From contig OZ024740.1 of assembly GCA_964016885.1 (NCBI GenBank), forward strand, positions 441,254,001 to 441,318,000: DNA of 64,000 nt, read 5' to 3'. Shown here one piece after another: positions 50,901-64,000 of this stretch; within the stretch, counting starts at the first letter, position 1, and each line of letters opens with the position of its first letter. This stretch comes from Eledone cirrhosa. Taxonomy: Eukaryota. The translations under genes were made by a program, and so were the position numbers. The notes beneath the pieces are model-generated. The model ran no database searches. It was not told the origin of the DNA and was given only the letters and a program-made list of their open reading frames with translations.

Positions 50901-53900
50901 TATGTGTGTCTCTGTATGTGTGTCTCTGTATGTGTATGTGTGTCTCTGTATGTGTATGTGTGTCTCTGTATGTGTATGTGTGTCTCTGTATGTGTATGTG
51001 TGTCTCTGTATGTGTGTCTCTGTATGTGTATGTGTGTCTCTGTATGTGTATGTGTGTCTCTGTATGTGTATGTGTGTCTCTGTGTGTGTATGTGTGTCTC
51101 TGTATGTGTATGTGTGTCTCTGTATGTGTGTCTCTGTATGTGTATGTGTGTCTCTGTATTTGTATGTGTGTCTCTGTATGTGTATGTGTGTCTCTGTGTG
51201 TGTATGTGTGTCTCTGTGTGTGTATGTGTGTCTCTGTGTGTGTATGTGTGTCTCTGTATGTGTATGTGTGTCGCTGTATGTGTATGTGTGTCTCTGTATG
51301 TGTATGTGTGTCTCTGTGTGTGTATGTGTGTCTCCGTATGTGCATGTGTGTCTCTGTGTGTGTGTCTCTGTATGTGTATGTGTGTCTCTGTATGTGTATG
51401 TGTGTCTCTGTATGTGTATGTGTGTCTCTGTGTGTGTATGTGTGTCTCTGTGTGTGTATGTGTGTCTCTGTATGTGTATGTGTGTCGCTGTATGTGTATG
51501 TGTGTCTCTGTATGTGTATGTGTGTCTCTGTGTGTGTATGTGTGTCTCCGTATGTGTATGTGTGTCTCTGTGTGTGTGTCTCTGTATGTGTATGTGTGTC
51601 TCTGTATGTGTATGTGTGTCTCTGTATGTGTATGTGTGTCTCTGTGTGTATGTGTGTATGTGTGTCTCTGTGTGTGTGTCTCTGTGTGTGTATGTGTGTT
51701 TCTGTATGTGTATGTGTGTCTTTGTATGTGTATGTGGTGTCTCTGTATGTGTATGTGTGTCTCTGTATGTGTATGTGTGTCTCTGTATGTGTATGTGTGT
51801 CTCTGTGTGTGTATGTGTGTCTCTGTATGTGTATGTGTATCTCTGTATGTGTATGTGTGTCTCTGTATGTGTATGTGTGTCTCTGTATGTGTATGTGTGT
51901 CTCTGTGTGTGTATGTGTGTCTCTGTGTGTGTGTCTCTGTGTGTGTATGTGTGTCTCTGTATGTGTATGTGTGTCTCTGTGTGTGTCTCTCTGTATGTGT
52001 ATGTGTGTCTCTGTATGTGTATGTGTGTCTCTGTATGTGTATGTGTGTCTCTGTATGTGTATGTGTGTCTCTGTGTGTGTATGTGTGTCTCTGTATGTGT
52101 ATGTGTGTCTCTGTATGTGTATGTGTGTCTCTGTATGTGTATGTGTGTCTCTGTGTGTGTATGTGTGTCTCTGTGTGTATGTGTGTCTCTGTATGTGTAT
52201 GTGTGTCTCTGTGTGTGTGTCTCTGTATGTGTATGTGTGTCTCTGTATGTGTATGTGTGTCTCTGTATGTGTATGTGTGTCTCTGTATGTGTATGTGTGT
52301 CTCTGCGTGTGTATGTGTGTCTCTGTATGTGTATGTGTGTCTCTGTATGTGTATGTGTGTCTCTGTATGTGTGTCTCTGTATGTGTATGTGTGTCTCTGT
52401 ATGTGTATGTGTGTCTATGTATGTGTGTGTGTGTCTCTGTGTGTGTATGTGTGTCTCTATATGTGTGTGTGTGTCGCTGTATGTGTGTCTCTGTCTCTGT
52501 ATGTGTGTCTCTGTATGTGTGTCGCTGTATGTGTATGTGTGTCTCTGTATGTGTATGTGTGTCTCTTTATGTGTTATGTGTGTCTCTGTGTGTGTATGTG
52601 TGTCTCTGTATGTGTATGTGTGTCTCTGTGTGTGTATGTGTGTCTCTGTATGTGTATGTGTGTCTCTGTGTGTGTATGTGTGTCTCTGTATGTGTATGTG
52701 TGTCTCTGTGTGTGTATGTGTGTCTCTGTATGTATGTCGCTGTATGTGTATGTGTGTCTCTGTATGTGTATGTGTGTCTCTGTGTGTGTGTCTCTGTATG
52801 TGTATGTGTGTCTCTGTATGTGTATGTGTGTCTGTGTGTGTGTGTCTCTGTGTGTGTATGTGTGTCTCTGTGTGTGTATGTGTGTCTCTGTATGTGTATG
52901 TGTGTCTCTGTATCTGTATGTGTGTCTCTGTGTGTGTATGTGTGTCTCTGTATGTATATGTGTGTCTCTGTATGTGTGTCTCTGTATATGTATGTGTGTC
53001 TCTGTGTGTGTATGTGTGTCTCTGTATGTGTATGTGTGTCTCTGTATGTGTATGTGTGTCTCTGTATGTGTATGTGTGTCTCTGTATGTGTATGTGTGTC
53101 TCTGTGTGTGTATGTGTGTCTCTGTATGTGTATGTGTGTCTCTGTATGTGTATGTGTGTCTCTGTCTGTGTATGTGTGTCTCTGTATGTGTATGTGTGTC
53201 TCTGTAAGTGTATGTGTGTCTCTGTGTGTGTATGTGTGTCTCTGTATGTGTATGTGTGTCTCTGTGTGTGTATGTGTGTCTCTGTATGTGTATGTGTGTC
53301 TCTGTATGTGTATGTGTGTCTCTGTGTGTGTATGTGTGTCTCTGTATGTGTATGTGTGTCTCTGTATGTGTGTCTCTGTATGTGTATGTGTGTCTCTGTA
53401 TGTGTATGTGTGTCTCTGTATGTGTATGTGTGTCTCTGTGTGTGTATGTGTGTCTCTGTGTGTGTATGTGTGTCTCTGTGTGTGTATGTGTGTCTCTGTA
53501 TGTGTATGTGTGTCGCTGTATGTGTATGTGTGTCTCTGTATGTGTATGTGTGTCTCTGTGTGTGTATGTGTGTCTCCGTATGTGTATGTGTGTCTCTGTG
53601 TGTGTGTCTCTGTATGTGTGTCTCTGTATGTGTATGTGTGTCTCTGTGTGTATGTGGTATGTGTGTCTCTCTGTGTGTGTCTCTGTGTGTGTATGTGTGT
53701 CTCTGTATGTGTATGTGTGTCTCTGTATGTGTATGTGTGTCTCTGTATGTGTATGTGTGTCTCTGTATGTGTATGTGTGTCTCTGTATGTGTATGTGTGT
53801 CTCTGTGTGTGTATGTGTGTCTCTGTATGTGTATGTGTGTCTCTGTATGTGTATGTGTGTCTCTGTATGTGTATGTGTGTCTCTGTATGTGTATGTGTGT

Positions 53901-56900
53901 CTCTGTATGTGTATGTGTGTCTCTGTGTGTGTGTATGTGTGTCTCTGTATGTGTATGTGTGTCTCTGTATGTGTATGTGTGTCTCTGTATGTGTATGTGT
54001 GTCTCTGTATGTGTATGTGTGTCTCTGTGTGTGTATGTGTGTCTCTGTATGTGTATGTGTGTCTCTGTATGTGTATGTGTGTCTCTGTATGTGTATGTGT
54101 GTCTCTGTATGTGTATGTGTGTCTCTGTGTGTGTATGTGTGTCTCTGTGTGTGTATGTGTGTCTCTGTATGTGTATGTGTGTCTCTGTATGTGTATGTGT
54201 GTCTCTGTATGTGTATGTGTGTCTCTGTATGTGTATGTGTGTCTCTGTGTGTGTATGTGTGTCTCTGTGTGTGTATGTGTGTCTCTGTATGTGTATGTGT
54301 GTCTGTGTGTGTGTGTGTCGTCTCTGTATGTGTATGTGTGTCTCTGTATGTGTATGTGTGTCTCTGTATGTGTATGTGTGTCTCTGTATGGTTGTGTCTC
54401 TGTGTGTGTAGTGTGTCTCTGTATGTGTATGTGTGTCTCTGTATGTGTATGTGTGCTGTATGTGTATGTGTGCCTCTGTGTGTGTATGTGTGTCTCTGTG
54501 TGTGTATGTGTGTCTCTGTGTGTGTATGTGTGTCTCTGTATGTGTATGTGTGTCTGTGTGTGTGTGTCTCTGTATGTGTATGTGTGTCTCTGTATGTGTA
54601 TGTGTGTCTCTGTATGTGTATGTGTGTCTCTGTATGTGTATGTGTGTCTCTGTATGTGTATGTGTGTCTCTGTGTGTGTATGTGTGTCTCTGTGTGTGTG
54701 TCTCTGTGTGTGTATGTGTGTCTGTGTGTGTGTGTCTCTGTATGTGTATGTGTGTCTCTGTATGTGTATGTGTGTCTCTGTGTGTGTATGTGTGTCTCTG
54801 TATGTGTATGTGTGTCTCTGTATGTGTATGTGTGTCTCTGTATGTGTGTCTCTGTATGTGTATGTGTGTCTCTGTATGTGTATGTGTGTCTCTGTATGTG
54901 TGTGTGTGTCTCTGTGTGTGTATGTGTGTTTCTGTATATGTATGTGTGTCTCTGTGTGTGTATGTGTGTTTCTGTATGTGTATGTGTGTCTCTGTATGTG
55001 TATGTGTGTCGCTGTATGTGTATGTGTGTCTCTGTATGTGTATGTGTGTCTCTGTGTGTGTATGTGTGTCTCCGTATGTGCATGTGTGTCTCTGTGTGTG
55101 TGTCTCTGTATGTGTATGTGTGTCTCTGTATGTGTATGTGTGTCTCTGTATGTGTATGTGTGTCTCTGTGTGTGTATGTGTGTCTCTGTGTGTGTATGTG
55201 TGTCTCTGTATGTGTATGTGTGTCGCTGTATGTGTATGTGTGTCTCTGTATGTGTATGTGTGTCTCTGTGTGTGTATGTGTGTCTCCGTATGTGTATGTG
55301 TGTCTCTGTGTGTGTGTCTCTGTATGTGTATGTGTGTCTCTGTATGTGTATGTGTGTCTCTGTATGTGTATGTGTGTCTCTGTATGTGTATGTGTGTCTC
55401 TGTGTGTGTATGTGTGTCTCTGTGTGTGTGTCTCTGTGTGTGTATGTGTGTCTCTGTATGTGTATGTGTGTCTCTGTGTGTGTGTCTCTGTATGTGTATG
55501 TGTGTCTCTGTATGTGTATGTGTGTCTCTGTATGTGTATGTGTGTCTCTGTATGTGTATGTGTGTCTCTGTATGTGTATGTGTGTCTCTGTGTGTGCATA
55601 TGTGTCTCTGTATGTGTATGTGTGTCTCTGTATGTGTATGTGTGTCTCTGTATGTGTATGTGTGTCTCTGTATGTGTATGTGTGTCTCTGTGTGTGTATG
55701 TGTGTCTCTGTATGTGTATGTGTATCTCTGTATGTGTATGTGTGTCTCTGTATGTGTATGTGTGTCTCTGTATGTGTATGTGTGTCTCTGTGTGTGTATG
55801 TGTGTCTCTGTGTGTGTGTCTCTGTGTGTGTATGTGTGTCTCTGTGTGCGTGTCTCTGTATGTGTATGTGTGTCTCTGTATGTGTATGTGTGTCTCTGTA
55901 TGTGTATGTGTGTCTCTGTATGTGTATGTGTGTCTCTGTGTGTGTATGTGTGTCTCTGTATGTGTATGTGTGTCTCTGTATGTGTATGTGTGTCTCTGTA
56001 TGTGTGTCTCTGTATGTGTATGTGTGTCTCTGTATGTGTATGTGTGTCTATGTATGTGTGTGTGTGTCTCTGTGTGTGTATGTGTGTCTCTATATGTGTG
56101 TGTGTGTCGCTGTATGTGTGTCTCTGTCTCTGTATGTGTGTCTCTGTATGTGTGTCGCTGTATGTGTATGTGTGTCTCTGTATGTGTATGTGTGTCTCTT
56201 TATGTGTATGTGTGTCTCTGTGTGTGTATGTGTGTCTCTGTATGTGTATGTGTGTCTCTGTGTGTGTATGTGTGTCTCTGTATGTGTATGTGTGTCTCTG
56301 TGTGTGTATGTGTGTCTCTGTATGTATGTCGCTGTATGTGTATGTGTGTCTCTGTATGTGTATGTGTGTCTCTGTGTGTGTGTCTCTGTATGTGTATGTG
56401 TGTCTCTGTATGTGTATGTGTGTCTGTGTGTGTGTGTCTCTGTGTGTGTATGTGTGTCTCTGTGTGTGTATGTGTGTCTCTGTATGTGTATGTGTGTCTC
56501 TGTATCTGTATGTGTGTCTCTGTGTGTGTATGTGTGTCTCTGTATGTATATGTGTGTCTCTGTATGTGTGTCTCTGTATATGTATGTGTGTCTCTGTGTG
56601 TGTATGTGTGTCTCTGTATGTGTATGTGTGTCTCTGTATGTGTATGTGTGTCTCTGTATGTGTATGTGTGTCTCTGTATGTGTATGTGTGTCTCTGTGTG
56701 TGTATGTGTGTCTCTGTATGTGTATGTGTGTCTCTGTATGTGTATGTGTGTCTCTGTCTGTGTATGTGTGTCTCTGTATGTGTATGTGTGTCTCTGTAAG
56801 TGTATGTGTGTCTCTGTGTGTGTATGTGTGTCTCTGTATGTGTATGTGTGTCTCTGTGTGTGTATGTGTGTCTCTGTATGTGTATGTGTGTCTCTGTATG

Positions 56901-59900
56901 TGTATGTGTGTCTCTGTGTGTGTATGTGTGTCTCTGTATGTGTATGTGTGTCTCTGTATGTGTGTCTCTGTATGTGTATGTGTGTCTCTGTATGTGTATG
57001 TGTGTCTCTGTATGTGTATGTGTGTCTCTGTGTGTGTATGTGTGTCTCTGTGTGTGTATGTGTGTCTCTGTGTGTGTATGTGTGTCTCTGTATGTGTATG
57101 TGTGTCGCTGTATGTGTATGTGTGTCTCTGTATGTGTATGTGTGTCTCTGTGTGTGTATGTGTGTCTCCGTATGTGTATGTGTGTCTCTGTGTGTGTGTC
57201 TCTGTATGTGTGTCTCTGTATGTGTATGTGTGTCTCTGTGTGTATGTGTGTATGTGTGTCTCTCTGTGTGTGTCTCTGTGTGTGTATGTGTGTCTCTGTA
57301 TGTGTATGTGTGTCTCTGTATGTGTATGTGTGTCTCTGTATGTGTATGTGTGTCTCTGTATGTGTATGTGTGTCTCTGTATGTGTATGTGTGTCTCTGTG
57401 TGTGTATGTGTGTCTCTGTATGTGTATGTGTGTCTCTGTATGTGTATGTGTGTCTCTGTATGTGTATGTGTGTCTCTGTATGTGTATGTGTGTCTCTGTA
57501 TGTGTATGTGTGTCTCTGTGTGTGTATGTGTGTCTCTGTATGTGTATGTGTGTCTCTGTATGTGTATGTGTGTCTCTGTATGTGTATGTGTGTCTCTGTA
57601 TGTGTATGTGTGTCTCTGTGTGTGTATGTGTGTCTCTGTATGTGTGTCTCTGTGTGTGTATGTGTGTCTCTGTATGTGTATGTGTGTCTCTGTATGTGTA
57701 TGTGTGTCTCTGTATGTGTATGTGTGTCTCTGTATGTGTATGTGTGTCTCTGTATGTGTATGTGTGTCTCTGTATGTGTATGTGTGTCTCTGTATGTGTA
57801 TGTGTGTCTCTGTATGTGTATGTGTGTCTCTGTGTGTGTATGTGTGTCTCTGTGTGTGTATGTGTGTCTCTGTATGTGTATGTGTGTCTGTGTGTGTGTG
57901 TCTCTGTATGTGTATGTGTGTCTCTGTATGTGTATGTGTGTCTCTGTATGTGTATGTGTGTCTCTGTATGTGTATGTGTGCCTCTGTGTGTGTATGTGTG
58001 TCTCTGTATGTGTATGTGTGTCTCTGTATGTGTATGTGTGTCTCTGTATGTGTATGTGTGTCTCTGTATGTGTATGTGTGTCTCTGTGTGTGTATGTGTG
58101 TCTCTGTGTGTGTGTCTCTGTGTGTGTATGTGTGTCTCTGTATGTGTATGTGTGTCTCTGTGTGTGTGTCTCTGTGTGTGTATGTGTGTCTCTGTATGTG
58201 TATGTGTGTCTCTGTATGTGTATGTGTGTCTCTGTATGTGTATGTGTGTCTCTGTGTGTGTATGTGTGTCTCTGTATGTGTATGTGTGTCTCTGTGTGTG
58301 TGTGTGTGTCTCTGTATGTGTATGTGTGTCTCTGTATGTGTATGTGTGTCTCTGTGTGTGTATGTGTGTCTCTGTATGTGTGTCTCTGTATGTGTATGTG
58401 TGTCTCTGTATATGTGTGTGTGTCTCTGTATGTGTATGTGTGTCTGTGTGTGTGTGTCTCTGTATGTGTATGTGTGTCTCTGTATGTGTATGTGTGTCTC
58501 TGTGTGTGTATGTGTGTCTCTGTGTGTGTATGTGTGTCTCTGTATGTGTATGTGTGTCTCTGTATGTGTGTCTCTGTATGTGTATGTGTGTCTCTGTATG
58601 TGTATGTGTGTCTCTGTATGTGTATGTGTGTCTCTGTGTGTGTATGTGTGTCTCTGTATGTGTATGTGTGTCTCTGTATGTGTGTCTCTGTATGTGTATG
58701 TGTGTCTCTGTATTTGTATGTGTGTCTCTGTATGTGTATGTGTGTCTCTGTGTGTGTATGTGTGTCTCTGTGTGTGTATGTGTGTCTCTGTGTGTGTATG
58801 TGTGTCTCTGTATGTGTATGTGTGTCGCTGTATGTGTATGTGTGTCTCTGTATGTGTATGTGTGTCTCTGTGTGTGTATGTGTGTCTCCGTATGTGCATG
58901 TGTGTCTCTGTGTGTGTGTCTCTGTATGTGTATGTGTGTCTCTGTATGTGTATGTGTGTCTCTGTATGTGTATGTGTGTCTCTGTGTGTGTATGTGTGTC
59001 TCTGTGTGTGTATGTGTGTCTCTGTATGTGTATGTGTGTCGCTGTATGTGTATGTGTGTCTCTGTATGTGTATGTGTGTCTCTGTGTGTGTATGTGTGTC
59101 TCCGTATGTGTATGTGTGTCTCTGTGTGTGTGTCTCTGTATGTGTATGTGTGTCTCTGTATGTGTATGTGTGTCTCTGTATGTGTATGTGTGTCTCTGTG
59201 TGTATGTGTGTATGTGTGTCTCTGTGTGTGTGTCTCTGTGTGTGTATGTGTGTTTCTGTATGTGTATGTGTGTCTTTGTATGTGTATGTGTGTCTCTGTA
59301 TGTGTATGTGTGTCTCTGTATGTGTATGTGTGTCTCTGTATGTGTATGTGTGTCTCTGTGTGTGTATGTGTGTCTCTGTATGTGTATGTGTATCTCTGTA
59401 TGTGTATGTGTGTCTCTGTATGTGTATGTGTGTCTCTGTATGTGTATGTGTGTCTCTGTGTGTGTATGTGTGTCTCTGTGTGTGTGTCTCTGTGTGTGTA
59501 TGTGTGTCTCTGTATGTGTATGTGTGTCTCTGTGTGTGTCTCTCTGTATGTGTATGTGTGTCTCTGTATGTGTATGTGTGTCTCTGTATGTGTATGTGTG
59601 TCTCTGTATGTGTATGTGTGTCTCTGTGTGTGTATGTGTGTCTCTGTATGTGTATGTGTGTCTCTGTATGTGTATGTGTGTCTCTGTATGTGTATGTGTG
59701 TCTCTGTGTGTGTATGTGTGTCTCTGTGTGTATGTGTGTCTCTGTATGTGTATGTGTGTCTCTGTGTGTGTGTCTCTGTATGTGTATGTGTGTCTCTGTA
59801 TGTGTATGTGTGTCTCTGTATGTGTATGTGTGTCTCTGTATGTGTATGTGTGTCTCTGCGTGTGTATGTGTGTCTCTGTATGTGTATGTGTGTCTCTGTA

Positions 59901-62900
59901 TGTGTATGTGTGTCTCTGTATGTGTGTCTCTGTATGTGTATGTGTGTCTCTGTATGTGTATGTGTGTCTATGTATGTGTGTGTGTGTCTCTGTGTGTGTA
60001 TGTGTGTCTCTATATGTGTGTGTGTGTCGCTGTATGTGTGTCTCTGTCTCTGTATGTGTGTCTCTGTATGTGTGTCGCTGTATGTGTATGTGTGTCTCTG
60101 TATGTGTATGTGTGTCTCTTTATGTGTATGTGTGTCTCTGTGTGTGTATGTGTGTCTCTGTATGTGTATGTGTGTCTCTGTGTGTGTATGTGTGTCTCTG
60201 TATGTGTATGTGTGTCTCTGTGTGTGTATGTGTGTCTCTGTATGTATGTCGCTGTATGTGTATGTGTGTCTCTGTATGTGTATGTGTGTCTCTGTGTGTG
60301 TGTCTCTGTATGTGTATGTGTGTCTCTGTATGTGTATGTGTGTCTGTGTGTGTGTGTCTCTGTGTGTGTATGTGTGTCTCTGTGTGTGTATGTGTGTCTC
60401 TGTATGTGTATGTGTGTCTCTGTATCTGTATGTGTGTCTCTGTGTGTGTATGTGTGTCTCTGTATGTATATGTGTGTCTCTGTATGTGTGTCTCTGTATA
60501 TGTATGTGTGTCTCTGTGTGTGTATGTGTGTCTCTGTATGTGTATGTGTGTCTCTGTATGTGTATGTGTGTCTCTGTATGTGTATGTGTGTCTCTGTATG
60601 TGTATGTGTGTCTCTGTGTGTGTATGTGTGTCTCTGTATGTGTATGTGTGTCTCTGTATGTGTATGTGTGTCTCTGTCTGTGTATGTGTGTCTCTGTATG
60701 TGTATGTGTGTCTCTGTAAGTGTATGTGTGTCTCTGTGTGTGTATGTGTGTCTCTGTATGTGTATGTGTGTCTCTGTGTGTGTATGTGTGTCTCTGTATG
60801 TGTATGTGTGTCTCTGTATGTGTATGTGTGTCTCTGTGTGTGTATGTGTGTCTCTGTATGTGTATGTGTGTCTCTGTATGTGTGTCTCTGTATGTGTATG
60901 TGTGTCTCTGTATGTGTATGTGTGTCTCTGTATGTGTATGTGTGTCTCTGTGTGTGTATGTGTGTCTCTGTGTGTGTATGTGTGTCTCTGTGTGTGTATG
61001 TGTGTCTCTGTATGTGTATGTGTGTCGCTGTATGTGTATGTGTGTCTCTGTATGTGTATGTGTGTCTCTGTGTGTGTATGTGTGTCTCCGTATGTGTATG
61101 TGTGTCTCTGTGTGTGTGTCTCTGTATGTGTGTCTCTGTATGTGTATGTGTGTCTCTGTGTGTATGTGTGTATGTGTGTCTCTCTGTGTGTGTCTCTGTG
61201 TGTGTATGTGTGTCTCTGTATGTGTATGTGTGTCTCTGTATGTGTATGTGTGTCTCTGTATGTGTATGTGTGTCTCTGTATGTGTATGTGTGTCTCTGTA
61301 TGTGTATGTGTGTCTCTGTGTGTGTATGTGTGTCTCTGTATGTGTATGTGTGTCTCTGTATGTGTATGTGTGTCTCTGTATGTGTATGTGTGTCTCTGTA
61401 TGTGTATGTGTGTCTCTGTATGTGTATGTGTGTCTCTGTGTGTGTATGTGTGTCTCTGTATGTGTATGTGTGTCTCTGTATGTGTATGTGTGTCTCTGTA
61501 TGTGTATGTGTGTCTCTGTATGTGTATGTGTGTCTCTGTGTGTGTATGTGTGTCTCTGTATGTGTATGTGTGTCTCTGTATGTGTATGTGTGTCTCTGTA
61601 TGTGTATGTGTGTCTCTGTATGTGTATGTGTGTCTCTGTGTGTGTATGTGTGTCTCTGTGTGTGTGTCTCTGTGTGTGTATGTGTGTCTCTGTATGTGTA
61701 TGTGTGTCTCTGTGTGTGTGTCTCTGTATGTGTATGTGTGTCTCTGTATGTGTATGTGTGTCTCTGTATGTGTATGTGTGTCTCTTTATCTGTATGTGTG
61801 TCTCTGTATGCGTATGTGTGTCTCTGTATGTGTATGTGTGTCTCTGTGTGTGTATGTGTGTCTCTGTGTGTGTATGTGTGTCTCTGTGTGTGTATGTGTG
61901 TCTCTGTATGTGTATGTGTGTCTCTGTATGTGTATGTGTGTCGCTGTATGTGTATGTGTGTCTCTGTATGTGTATGTGTGTCTCTGTGTGTGTATGTGTG
62001 TCTCTGTATGTGTATGTGTGTCTCTGTGTGTGTATGTGTGTCTCTGTATGTGTATGTGTGTCTCTGTGTGTGTGTCTCTGTATGTGTATGTGTGTCTCTG
62101 TATGTGTATGTGTGTCTGTGTGTGTGTGTCTCTGTGTGTGTATGTGTGTCTCTGTGTGTGTATGTGTGTCTCTGTATGTGTATGTGTGTCTCTGTATCTG
62201 TATGTGTGTCTCTGTGTGTGTATGTGTGTCTCTGTATGTGTATGTGTGTCTCTGTATGTGTGTCTCTGTATATGTATGTGTGTCTCTGTGTGTGTATGTG
62301 TGTCTCTGTATGTGTATGTGTGTCTCTGTATGTGTATGTGTGTCTCTGTATGTGTATGTGTGTCTCTGTATGTGTATGTGTGTCTCTGTGTGTGTATGTG
62401 TGTCTCTGTATGTGTATGTGTGTCTCTGTCTGTGTATGTGTGTCTCTGTATGTGTATGTGTGTCTCTGTATGTGTATGTGTGTCTCTGTATGTGTATGTG
62501 TGTCTCTGTATGTGTATGTGTGTCTCTGTATGTGTATGTGTGTCTCTGTGTGTGTATGTGTGTCTCTGTATGTGTATATGTGTCTCTGTATGTGTGTCTC
62601 TGTATGTGTATGTGTGTCTCTGTATTTGTATGTGTGTCTCTGTATGTGTATGTGTGTCTCTGTGTGTGTATGTGTGTCTCTGTGTGTGTATGTGTGTCTC
62701 TGTGTGTGTATGTGTGTCTCTGTATGTGTATGTGTGTCGCTGTATGTGTATGTGTGTCTCTGTATGTGTATGTGTGTCTCTGTGTGTGTATGTGTGTCTC
62801 CGTATGTGCATGTGTGTCTCTGTGTGTGTGTCTCTGTATGTGTATGTGTGTCTCTGTATGTGTATGTGTGTCTCTGTATGTGTATGTGTGTCTCTGTGTG

Positions 62901-64000
62901 TGTATGTGTGTCTCTGTGTGTGTATGTGTGTCTCTGTATGTGTATGTGTGTCGCTGTATGTGTATGTGTGTCTCTGTATGTGTATGTGTGTCTCTGTGTG
63001 TGTATGTGTGTCTCCGTATGTGTATGTGTGTCTCTGTGTGTGTGTCTCTGTATGTGTATGTGTGTCTCTGTATGTGTATGTGTGTCTCTGTATGTGTATG
63101 TGTGTCTCTGTATGTGTATGTGTGTCTCTGTGTGTGTATGTGTGTCTCTGTGTGTGTGTCTCTGTGTGTGTATGTGTGTCTCTGTATGTGTATGTGTGTC
63201 TCTGTGTGTGTGTCTCTGTATGTGTATGTGTGTCTCTGTATGTGTATGTGTGTCTCTGTATGTGTATGTGTGTCTCTGTATGTGTATGTGTGTCTCTGTA
63301 TGTGTATGTGTGTCTCTGTATGTGTATGTGTGTCTCTGTGTGTGCATATGTGTCTCTGTATGTGTATGTGTGTCTCTGTATGTGTATGTGTGTCTCTGTA
63401 TGTGTATGTGTGTCTCTGTATGTGTATGTGTGTCTCTGTGTGTGTATGTGTGTCTCTGTATGTGTATGTGTATCTCTGTATGTGTATGTGTGTCTCTGTA
63501 TGTGTATGTGTGTCTCTGTATGTGTATGTGTGTCTCTGTGTGTGTATGTGTGTCTCTGTGTGTGTGTCTCTGTGTGTGTATGTGTGTCTCTGTGTGTGTG
63601 TCTCTGTATGTGTATGTGTGTCTCTGTATGTGTATGTGTGTCTCTGTATGTGTATGTGTGTCTCTGTATGTGTATGTGTGTCTCTGTGTGTGTATGTGTG
63701 TCTCTGTATGTGTATGTGTGTCTCTGTATGTGTATGTGTGTCTCTGTATGTGTGTCTCTGTATGTGTATGTGTGTCTCTGTATGTGTATGTGTGTCTATG
63801 TATGTGTGTGTGTGTCTCTGTGTGTGTATGTGTGTCTCTATATGTGTGTGTGTGTCGCTGTATGTGTGTCTCTGTCTCTGTATGTGTGTCTCTGTATGTG
63901 TGTCGCTGTATGTGTATGTGTGTCTCTTTATGTGTATGTGTGTCTCTGTGTGTGTATGTGTGTCTCTGTATGTGTATGTGTGTCTCTGTGTGTGTATGTG
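23982..64000 (+). repeat. >40-kb satellite array, 20-bp unit TCTCTGT(A/G)TGTGTATGTGTG with 14-bp variants and higher-order structure
   Basis: Roughly 2000 tandem units running off the window end; rare variants recur at kb-scale spacing. Confidence 0.98.

Noticed and set aside
23935-63347. Giant ORFs of up to 5927 aa (CVCVSLY.. / HTHTETH..)
   Set aside because: The 20-bp unit has no stop in any frame, ORFs overlap on both strands and in multiple frames, and they end only at rare point variants: satellite artefacts.

Overview
Repeat-saturated animal genomic DNA, most likely an octopus or related cephalopod (inferred from the SINE families, not confirmed). No host protein-coding gene can be supported. 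The first ~24 kb is a nest of mobile elements, mostly sitting in (TA)n microsatellites. It holds a young RTE-clade LINE with an intact RT ORF and a PHD-like finger, two other RTE fragments, and a Penelope-like (PLE) GIY-YIG fragment. It also holds many PLE-type termini carrying minimal type I hammerhead ribozymes, a ~3.9 kb non-coding hammerhead-bounded element, three copies of a ~190 bp fold-back hairpin element, tRNA-derived SINEs, a hAT-type MITE, a non-autonomous Helitron and a degenerate tRNA-Ser(CGA). The remaining ~40 kb (23982 to the window end) is one satellite of a 20-bp unit (TCTCTGTATGTGTATGTGTG) with ~3.5-4.2 kb and ~15 kb higher-order periodicity; all giant ORFs there are artefacts. 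The best candidate for a new system is a set of TA-targeting, hammerhead-bearing PLE-related elements that share a short GAGTRCT motif near their 3' junction, including non-coding passengers.
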